A stretch of 64,000 bases of DNA from positions 10,054,581 to 10,118,580 of the forward strand of contig OZ037767.1 in the NCBI GenBank assembly GCA_964035545.1. The letters run 5' to 3'. The notes beneath the pieces are model-generated. The model did not search any database. It was not told the origin of the DNA and was given only the letters and a program-made list of their open reading frames with translations. Source of the stretch: Bugula neritina (lineage: Eukaryota; Animalia; Bryozoa). The translations under genes and the position numbers were made by a program. Below, piece after piece: positions 53,801 through 64,000 of this stretch. Each line of letters begins with the position of its first letter. The stretch's first letter is position 1.

Positions 53801-56800
53801 ACCGTGCAGGCTGATGCCTGTGGACAGATGTCTATGCCACCAGTATTTATATTTATAACTCTCTACCTTTAGCTTATGCTTCCTTGGATCTTGCTAAAAT
53901 TCATTCTAGAACTGTTAAATTTTCAGGAAGTGTTTCTCCATACAAACTGGGTAAAGTGGTACTAAAGCTACAGGCTGGGCTCTTCTCTAATGTGGTGATG
54001 CCAGAGACAGTAGAGTCTCTCTGGGGTCCGGTTCCTCTGGGAAGACTTCCGCCAGGAGTTGTTAATCACTGCACAGTTGCTAATCACAAGTATGTAATAA
54101 TGAGTAGTTTGTAGGGTCTGAGACAGGTAAGACTGTATTTGAGTCAATAGAGTTCTGTTCAGCATATTTACCAGTCTTGTTTGTCTAAAGTTTTGTATTC
54201 CCAGATAGTAGTTCATAAACTTCGTAGTTGTGAGTTCAAAATCTGAAGTATATCAACTGATTTTCCTTCCCAATTATACCATAGAGTTACACTAGATGCT
54301 AGAGATGCTTCTTTTAGTAATATAGCTTCAGTTTCTTAAAATTTCTGATAGATTAGGTGTAGTTTTATTAAAGTTATACTAAATAGTTTTGTATGTGAAT
54401 TATAGGCTATGTATTTTTACTGTTGAAGATTTGAGTATTATTTTTAAAACGGTGACACTTTTCTAGTTAAATACATTTTGCCTTCTTTTTTTAAAAAAAA
54501 GTGAAATTCTTTCCAGTCACATGCTTGCTATCATACTAATGAAATAGTATACTTTAGTTTGTTTTGATATTTTGTATTTTAGGCTGTTGGTACCAGGAAG
54601 CGAGACAGTGATGTTTACAGTTAGAGTTGTTCACTGCCAGCCTTTGCTAATGTCTTGTGTCCAGGTGTTCCTGAGAGATCAGATGATGGCAGTATCACAT
54701 CTAGTAGGCACAGACCAGATTCCAGACTCACACTCCTCCGTGGTTTGTATTCATTTCTGACGAAACTTTCTCCCGTTTAACATTTTATTTAAATGTACAT
54801 CAGCTAGCTTTTGTATTTGGTGATGTCATGTGTTGTACTTAGATGACTTACCATTATCCGTAAATTTTGGCCAATTTTCCAGTTATGTCTCTGCTGGTTA
54901 TCAACAGCCAAATAGAAATAACTTTACTCTAAGAGATTACAGGATGATTTCACACAGTTGACTAAAACTGTCTTTCATCACTTTCATTATGTTAGTAGCA
55001 CGTATTTCGCAAGTTTATGCGTTAAAACTGCATCTCAGTGTGAAAAGGGATATTTTCTTATCAGCGACTTGCATGCTGGATGTGTTTCTGGCTTAGATTG
55101 AAACATTTTCATATAACTTATGCATTTTTTGTTGTTTTTGGCTTAGCACTTAGTTGATAAAATAATAACGAGTAATGAGCTACCCTTTATTTAAGCAATT
55201 TAAACCATGTGACATTTCACCTTGGCTCCTATCCTAATTTATTTACAAGAATAAACAAGAAAAGTGAATGTCATTGAATTTACATTGACTACTAAATTGT
55301 TGAGCAGTGAACATAGTATAAAATTTTTTGAAATCTTGAAAACTGTTTGCCTCAGAGTTTGTTTAGGAAGCTCTACATGCTCGTTAACTTGACATCTACA
55401 CTACTGTGTTTTGATTAGAGGTGATTGCTGTAGGTAATAATTTTATTCAACTGTTGCCCCTACTGGGGTTCGAACCCGACACCTTCGGCTTGCAAGCAAA
55501 CGCTACCATTACACCACAAAGGACACAGGGTAAACTCAACGTTACAGTTTTATTTGCAAGTTTTTCTTTTCTAACAGATTCAGAATCTGAGCTCCTACTT
55601 GTTTTTGAAAAAGTCATCTGGGGAAAGAGCGATGCTCATTAAGACTGCCAATGGTGATAGAGTTGTTCTGTATGGTCACTGGGCTAACATGAAGAAGGGG
55701 GTGCCAGGTAATTGAACTAAGGCTAATTTACAACACCATACCTGTAGTTTGCGTATATGATGAAGAGATATTTCTGTGAAAGGCAACTGATGAATAAAAA
55801 CCACAGCTGTAAACTCTAAGTATAATAATTATAAATGGACAGCTTTAAACTTCTTTTTGTAAACTTTTGCTGCAAAACTTTACTAACTTCAGGATTCCAC
55901 ACCGGGTTCTGAGTTAGGATGTTTCAGTTTGTCGTTTTTACGGTGAATCCAAAATTTGGATTTTTAGTTTTTACTCTCAAAGTGTGAGTTTAGGAGATTG
56001 ACCTTGACCTGAGTGTCAATAAAAAAAAACTTGGAAAAAATCCAATAGTCTTGCAACTTTGGTGTGTGAGAAAGTTTATTGTAGTCAATATGTTGACTTA
56101 TTCTAAGTTTTTAAGACTTTGTTTGTACTTGTATTGATTCATTTTGACTTTTAGTGACTTTTATTTATTCTGTATATTTGAAAAGGTGTTTAGCCTGCAA
56201 AATAATCAGTGATTCGGAGTGTAATTCCAAGATGATTTTTCTTAAGTCAAAGCTTTTATATCAAAGAAATAGTTGTTGAAATTGTATTCCTCTTGACATG
56301 GTCTGTAAAATCTTTGAAGGTACAAGAAGCAGAAGAGGGACACCTGGCAATCCGGGAAATCTACGAGTGAGATTGAGTGCTTTAAATTCTTATGGCCATT
56401 GGGTAAATATGCCTGACATGGATGTTCATTCTGATCAGGTGACGATACATGGGACAAAAGTAAATCTGAAGACAGGCTCTGTAAGTTTTTAGTTTAGTCT
56501 TTTTTCATAGCCTACTAGTATGATTTAGCATATGCGGGTGTTTATGAAAAGTCCTCTTTCACTTCTATGAATGCTGTGAAAACTCTGGATACATAATTCT
56601 AACTGTTAATGTAGAAAGAACTGTATATGTGTTGAGAAATAAAATTTATGTTTAAGGTTTATAATTTATAAATATAAACACTGTGTTTGCAGCTCTGTTT
56701 GTGAGTTAGTTCTGTGACTAAATTCAAAGATTCTCTTTATCTGTGGTTTGTTTATACTTGGTGGGCGGGTTTCTCTAACAAATATCGATTCATCGGTACA

Positions 56801-57491
56801 AAATTAATTTAGCTGCAAAATTCAAAGTCAATAGAAATTGACTTGTAATGCGGGTTATAGTTGTAAGATCCGTAATTTTTAGTACTGCATTCGATTTATG
56901 TTATTATTTCTGCCCTTGGTTTTGTAAATTACGTTTTGCTCAAGGGATTCCTTCTCTGCTCATCTTCTACAGGTTGAGATTACGACTGCTGCTAATGTTC
57001 CGGAGAAGCTCTGCACTGCGTTCAGCGTTGCCGTCTTATCTTGTCTGTGTCAGCCTCCTCCCCCTGGCCTCCAACCTCCTAAAGACGCCTCCAGACTGGG
57101 CGTCCAGCCACCACCCCCAAAGTATCGTCCTGTGAATAGGGGGAATCGCAGGGTTAACTACAATGATGGGGCTGACTATGCCTTTTTACTTGCGGCTGGT
57201 TGGATGATGCCTTCTCCCTCAAACTACTATATCCACCATTACTGGTTGCATTCTGGTTACCATGGTAGCGGATGTGCTGGTGGCTGCGCTGGCCTGGCTG
57301 CTTGTGCTGCATGTGGTGGTTTGGATGGAGATGGGTGTGCTTGTGCAGGAGATGGTGGAGGTGGTTGTGGTGGTTGCGGCGGTTGTGGTGGTGGAGGCGG
57401 CTGTGGTGGTGGTGATGGAGGTGGTTGTGGTGGTGGAGGCGGTTGTGGAGGCGGTTGCGGTGGTGGTTGTGGCGGTGGTTGTGGTGGTTAA
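47879..57491 (+). CDS. Glycine-rich domain-containing protein (GRDP/DUF1399-like), ~801 aa. Exons 47879-48039, 48258-48507, 49807-49989, 51403-51534, 51895-52071, 52793-52963, 53328-53526, 53927-54089, 54583-54742, 55578-55707, 56320-56480, 56973-57491
   Basis: The spliced frame is open (2406 nt). Two family motifs: PIDIEWVWHCHMLAP and FLVPCYDIDLAWHTHQLHP..Y..D...NHDD..DR. Also AIRRYE, DLVGAAERQ, GAMYRG and a C-terminal (GGCGG)n tail. Confidence 0.9.
55429..55546 (-). mobile_element. Diverged single unit of the tRNA-carrying TG..CA element
   Basis: Minus strand TGTAACGTTGAGTTTACCC..TGTGGTGTAATGGTAGC..GCTTGCAAGCC..GGGTTCGAACCCCAGTAGGGGCAA..CTACA. Absent from the paralogous intron (~62975-63040). 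Confidence 0.7.
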
Positions 57492-58284
57492 GCTTTGAAA
57501 ATTAGCTAATTATCCTTTCTTTGATATTTTAAAAGATTTTTTCTACTTATTTTTTATTTTGTCATATTTTTATAGCTGGTTTACGTACAGAAAAAGCTCA
57601 ATAAAATTATACTGAGTACTAAAGAGCGCATTATGTTATTTATATATTGTATTTTGTGGAAAGATCAACTTTTTTCTTATTTATCTATTTTTACTTTTAT
57701 CAGCTAAACAATCTGTTAGTATAACAGTTTTAGAGATTTTCATTGTTTGTTCTGTAAGAAGAGAGAATAATCTGTGACCCAACTTTCTAATACTTACTAT
57801 TTATAAACATTTTATTCTGCTGATTATACATTCAATCATATTTTATGTTTTCATCAATTGTATTGATTATACCACTCACTGTGATTTCAATATTTGATTT
57901 GCTGCTTTAATATTACTTATACTTTTAAATAGAAACAGATAAAAACTATGATATGAAAATCCTGCAATTTTATGCTAGAAATTGGCTGAAAATAAGCAAA
58001 ACTTGACTTATAGCTGCACAAGTAAACAGTTGGACATGTTGACTCATAACTTTAATCATAATTTAATAAAATTAAAATGCAGCTATAGGAAACAACTCAT
58101 TTGTTCCAATTAATATCAAAGCCAGTGTGATGCACTTTGATTGATGAATCCTATTAAAATTCTAGAATAGAAATATATATTTTTATTTCACAGAAAGCAA
58201 TTATTAGTGCGGTAGTTGCTCCAGGGCAAACCCTGCAACAGCTACTGTACACAAACTGAGTTATAAATATATATATATTTAAAT

Positions 58285-60048
58285 ATGTCTTTACGAGCTA
58301 GCAATTTAATTAAAAACAAGTATACGAGAAACATAATTTCTAACATAGGCACTGCATCATACCAACTTGCGAAATACCCGGCCAAAATGCTAAAACCACT
58401 TAGTGAATCTGAAAGTAATATCGAATCAACTGATAGTTTTCTTACATATATACGACAACTTCATATTCCAGCAAACCATCAACTGATATCATTTGATGTT
58501 TCCCTCTTTACTTCTGTACCACTTGACTACACGATTTCAGCAATCATAGATGATATTTATGAGAAACAACGAATCCAAACAACTATACCAAAACAGAAAA
58601 TGATAAACTTACTTAACCTTTGTACAAAACAAGTTCACTTTACTTTCAACGACATCATTTATACACAGACGGATGGTGTTGCTATGGGGTTTCCTCTGGG
58701 ATCAATAATTGCCAATATATTCATGACAAAACTGAAACAAAAAGTAATACCAAAATTGAATTCAATGTCACCTTGGGTAAGATACATAGATGACACATTT
58801 GCAACAATAGACCCTGATTATATTAACACAACACTCAACACACTTGATAATTTTCATCCTAACATAAAATTTACTCACGAACTAGAAACCAATAAATCAC
58901 TTTCTTTTCTGGATGTTACAGTTTTGCAACACAATAGCTCAGTGAAAACCACAGTATTCCGCAAGCCAACACATAACGATACATATTTACATTGGAACTC
59001 TTTCTCACTTAAAACGTGGAAGCTAAGCACACTCAAGTCACTAGTATTAAGGGCTAATAAAATCTCTTCTACTCCAGCACTTGAGACCCAAGAACTAAAC
59101 TATATTCGAAATGTTTTTGAACATAAAAATGGTTACCCTAAATATGTAATAGAGAAAACTATCAACAACATTGGTGACGGACTACTCAGTGAAAAGACAA
59201 CAGGAAACACATTTTACTCCAACTGCCTTATAAAGGAGTAACAGGAGAAAAACTAATCCATTCCCTCAATAAATTAATTGCAGACTCTTTTCCAAAAGAA
59301 CTCAATGCCCGGATTTTATTTAAAGGAACCCCCTAAAGCTCACATTTTAATCTCAAAGATAAAACCAATAAAGAACACATACACAACCTAGTTTACAAAA
59401 TAACCTGCCCTGAAGCTTCCTGTCAACAAACATATGTAGGCGAAACCGGACGTCGCCTATCACACAAGATACATCAATTCCAAAATTTATCAACATATCT
59501 CCACCACTAACTACAGAAACATATCAATAGACAATGTACAATTCTAAATAATTCATTTAAAAGAATCCACCATCAAAAAGTAGTCGAAGCTCTCTACATT
59601 AAACAAATAAAACCGCAACTTAATAAACAAAATTACTCCATACCACTAAAACTATATCAATAAGCTCCACACTACTCAACTCTCACATAGTTTCACTAAT
59701 CCTTGCTGTTTTTATATTTAGATATCTATTTCTTTTGTCAACTCTAACTTATTTTTTATGCAAAAACAAATCAGTATAATTTTTGACTTGCGTAATATAT
59801 AAAATAAGATTATCTCCCTCAGTTTCAATAATTTGCAATAACTGCCACTCTCTATTCTTTGTGTCATGCATAGTGTTTAACGTAACGTAATAATATTTGA
59901 ATTTCGATCATTCATTGCTACTCTGAAGATGGGTACAGTGGTACCCGAAATATCGGTATAATTACTTTGCCTAATAAAGTAATAAATTAACAATGTTTCT
60001 CGTATACTTATTTATAATTAAATTGCTAGCTCGTAAAAGCATATTAAA
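58285..60048 (+). mobile_element. 5'-truncated Penelope-like retroelement (RT + GIY-YIG, frameshifted) with an inverted copy of its 3' end at 58285-58335
   Basis: ORF 58285-59241 has SFDV.LFT.VP, QTDGVAMG.PL, RYIDDTF, FLDV, VFRKPTH. Downstream lies VYKITC...YVGETGRRL. Confidence 0.92.
59917..59960 (+). ncRNA. Minimal hammerhead ribozyme in the Penelope terminus
   Basis: CTGAAGA-t-GGGTAC-agtg-GTACCC-GAAA-TATC, with stem I TACT/GGTA. Confidence 0.7.
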
Positions 60049-60068
60049 CACACACACACACACACACA

Positions 60069-60152
<84 letters not shown>

Positions 60153-60153
60153 C
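60048..60153. repeat. (CA)n(CACG)n(CA)n microsatellite
   Basis: Direct observation. Confidence 0.97.
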
Positions 60154-60943
60154 AAATATATATATATGATTCAGTTTGTGTACAGTAGCTGTTGCAGGGT
60201 TTGCCCTGGAGCAACTACCACACTAATAATTGCTTTCTGTGAAATAAAAGTATATATTTCTATTCTAGAATTTTAATAGGATTCATCAATCAAAGTGCAT
60301 CACACTGGTTTTGATATTAATTGGAACAAATGAGTTGTTTCCTATAGCTGCATATTGATTTTATTAAGTTATTATGAAAAGGATGAGTCAACATGTCCAA
60401 CTGTTCACTTGTGCAGCTATAAGTCAAGTTTTGCTCATTTTCAGCCAATTTCTAGCATAAAATTGCAGCATTTCCATATCATAGTTTTTATTTGTTTCCA
60501 TTTAGAAATATAAGTAATATTAAAGCAGCAAATCAAATATTGAAATCACAGTGAGTGGTATAATCAATACAATTGATGAAAACATAAAATATGATTGAAT
60601 GTATAATCAGTAGAACAAAATGTTAAATAAATAGTGAGTATTAGAAAGTTGGGTCACAGATTATTCTCTCTTCTTACAGAACGAACAATGAAAATCTCTA
60701 AAACTGTTATACTACCCAACAGATTGTTCAGCTGATGAAAGTAAAAATAGACAAATAAGAAAAAAGTTGATATTTCCACAAAATACAATATATAAACAAC
60801 ATAATGCGCTCTTTAGTACTCAGTGTAATTTTATTGAGCTTTTTCTGTTCGTAAACCAGCTATAAAAATATGACAAAATAAGAAATAAGTAGAAAACATC
60901 TTCCAAAATATCAAAGAAAGGATAATTAGCTAATTTTCAAAGC

Positions 60944-63900
60944 TTAACCGCCACAACCACCGCCACCACCGCAACCGCCTCCACCACCACATCCGCCTCC
61001 ACCACCGCAACCGCCTCCACCTAAACAAACACCACCACCACCTGTACGGCTCCACATGCCTTCACAACCGCCACAACCGCCACAAATAGCACCATCTCCT
61101 GCACAAGCACATCCATCTCCATCCTTACCACCACATGCAGCACAGCCAGCCAGGCCAGCGCAGCCACCAGCACATCCGCTACCATGGTAACCAGAATGCA
61201 ACCAGTAATGGTGGATGTAGTAGTTTGAGGGAGAAGGCATCATCCAACCAGCCGCAAGCAGAAAGGCATAGTCAGCCCCGTCATTGTATTTAATCTTCCG
61301 CCTCCCTCTTTTCACAGGACGATACTTTGGAGGTGGTGGCTGGACGCCTAGTCTAAAGGCATCTTTGGGAGGCTGGAGGCCCGGGGGAGGAGGCTGACAC
61401 AAGCAAGCCAAAACGGCAATGCTGAACACAGTACAGAGCTTCTCCGGAACATCAGCCGCAGTTGTTATCTCAACCTGTGAAAAATGAATAAAGAAGAAAC
61501 TGTTTGAGCAAAATATTTACAAAACCAAAGGCAGAAATAACAACAGCATAAATAAAATGCAGTACTATAGGCCATATAGACACTTTACAACTATAACTCA
61601 AATTATAACTCAATTGTTACTGACTCAGATTTGCAGCTGTATTAACTGTGTATACTAATGAGTATCGTCGGAACCACGGACAGCTGCTAATGATGATGAT
61701 GCTAATGAGTAGATAGATTTTGTTAAAACAAATTGCTGGTCACCAAATGTAAGCAGGGTGAACACAGAGCTGCAAAAGCAGTAGTTATATAAACTGATAT
61801 AAATTAGCACTTGAAATATACACTTTATTTTTAACACAAATATTACAATTTATCGATTATAAACTTGGAAAAGCAAAATTTGAATTTCTTTATAGCTGAA
61901 TTGCAGCACTCCTTATAGATGTTTTTCCTACTTGTAAAAATATTTTGAAAAAAATGTTAAACTAGTTAAACGAGGTTTTAATAATGTTGAGCTCATTATT
62001 CTACATAAGCAGATAGCATTTTGTATCCAGGAATTTTACAGCAGCTATAAAAATTAAAAAGAATTTTTCATAAGCACCTGCTATGCTAAATAATAATAGT
62101 AGGTTTAGAATAAAGACTTACAGAGCCTTTCTTCAGGTTTACTTTTGTCCCCTGTATCCCCACCTGATCAGAATGAACATCCATGTCAGGCATATTTACC
62201 CAATGACCATACGAATTAACAGCACTCAATCTCACTCTTAGATTTCCCGGATTGCCATGTTTTGGTTCTCTACTCCATGTAGCTTCAAGCATTTCATGAA
62301 TCACCGTAGTTCAGATGAAGGCAAATTCAAAAACTAATTATTCAAGACATGATAAATAAAATTGTTTACTTAAAAACAGCTCATTAAATCTACAGTCTAA
62401 AATAATATCTCTAATTTTGTACATTCCTAAAGAGTATCTTTAAAAATTAATACTAGTGTAAAAAAGTCAACGTATAAGTATAACCTGAAAAAAACTTTAA
62501 GGTTATAAGACTATCACCATTTTCAAAATTTGATTTTAAAGCCAATCTACTAAGCACACACTTTAGATTATCTAAAATAAAATCTACAAGTGCAATTTGA
62601 GCAGCCATTTAAAAATGTCAACAATTTCAAAACAGATAAACATAATAATAGGGTTTAGAATCCTGCATTTAGTAAAGCTTTTCGGCAGGAGATGATCATT
62701 TGGATAAATTATTGAAAGGTGCAAAAAGAGATTATCAATTTGGAGTTGTCTATTTAAAACTATTAGATGACTGAATTAGGTTTTAGCCTTAGTTCACCAT
62801 AACAGTGCTTACTAGTTGGAATAAAACCTCTTCAATTACCTGGCACCCCCTTCTTCATGTTAGCCCAGTGGCCATACAGAACAGCTCTATCACCATGGGC
62901 AGTCTTGATTAGCATTGCCCTTTCCCCAGATGACTTTTTTAAAAACAAACAGGAGCTCAGGTTCTGAATCTGTTAACAAATGAACTGCATATAAAATAAT
63001 AGCTAGCACAGTAAGTTGACATGTACAGCAATGGTTTCCTGTCAATGGATTTCACATTATGTAGTATAAACACTCTAGTGGACGTGGGCATACATCATGC
63101 TACCCCTCCCCAACATAATGACATAGCCTATCAAGATGTTTCCCACAGCAGGATATTTTAACAAATGAGTGCCAAGCCTTAAATGAAAAGAGTTGTATAA
63201 ATTCTATAAAAATCATTAGAAATCTAAGCAAGTAATACATCCAGTAGAAGGAAATAATTCATTTTGTACTGAAATATAGCTTTAATGCATAAACTTACAA
63301 AATACGTACTACTAACACAATGTGCTGTAGTGATGAAAGAAAGTTCTAGTCAACTGTGTGAAATCATTCTATAATCTGTTGCAGTAAAGTTATTTCTATC
63401 TGGCTGTTGATAACCAGCAGAGACACAACCAAATGTTTTACAATTGAATTAGCAATAAAAAGTAGTAGTGCATCGTCCACGAACCCTGGCCCAGATAAAA
63501 TGCAGTTCCCAAACCCAGTCTAGTGCAAAAACTTTACATATTCTATGATAATAATTCAATCTAAGAAAATAACACATTCAGCCTACACACTATTAAAAAG
63601 AAAATTACAACTTTTGTACTGGGATGTAGTTTTAATGCATAAACTTCCAAAATACATGTTACCAACGTAATGAAAGTGATGTGAGACAAGTCTAATCAGT
63701 TACATGAAATCATTATATAATCTCTTGTAAAATAATTTTTATCTGGCTGTTGATAACCAACAGAAACATAACTTGAAAATTGGCCAAATTAATGAATCAT
63801 GGCAAGTCGTGCAACTACAATGATTGAGGTGACAATCACCATCACCAAATGACCATTTAAATAAAATGCTTGCTAAGAGGTATTTCAGCCAGAAAATATA

Positions 63901-64000
63901 CAAACCACAGAGGAGTGTGAGTCTGGAATCTGGTCTGTGCCTACAAGATGTGATACTGCCATCATCTGATCTCTCAGGAACACCTGGACACAAGACATTA
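60944..64000 (-). CDS. GRDP/DUF1399-like paralog, last four exons (>64000-63906, 62969-62840, 62282-62122, 61474-60944)
   Basis: Exon sizes (130 and 161 nt) and phases match the + strand copy; frames are open; Gly/Cys tail present. Confidence 0.9.

Noticed and set aside
57262-57498. Val-rich overlapping ORF
   Set aside because: Alternative frame of the GGT/TGT-rich Gly/Cys tail.

Overview
AT-rich, intron-rich eukaryotic DNA, probably from an invertebrate animal (inference from gene content and repeat types). Three multi-exon genes can be reconstructed with GT-AG junctions and open frames: an EF-hand rhomboid protease (+, 9646-16891), a heparan-sulfate 6-O-sulfotransferase (-, 23430-18262) and a GRDP/DUF1399 protein with a Gly/Cys tail (+, 47879-57491). 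The GRDP gene has a tail-to-tail paralog (-, runs off the window) with a Penelope element at the axis of symmetry. A small secreted WAP-like peptide gene, missed by the ORF track, lies at 29669-30381. RPS6KC1-like exons are scattered, scrambled and tandemly duplicated (0.7-2.7 kb, 39.3-41.7 kb); they are linked to a minisatellite built from a splice donor and to three unrelated open exons. Mobile DNA includes a Gypsy-type LTR with tRNA-Leu PBS, an Academ-like DNA transposon, LINE fragments, Penelope ends with hammerhead ribozymes, Harbinger-type MITEs, tRNA SINEs, a foldback palindrome and a small TG..CA element carrying tRNA-like units. The most unusual signal is a roughly 1 kb tract with ACT/AGT every 6 nt, found in the apparent first intron of each of the three intact genes, with no alignable similarity between tracts seen by eye. 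All coordinates were read by eye and no database searches were run.
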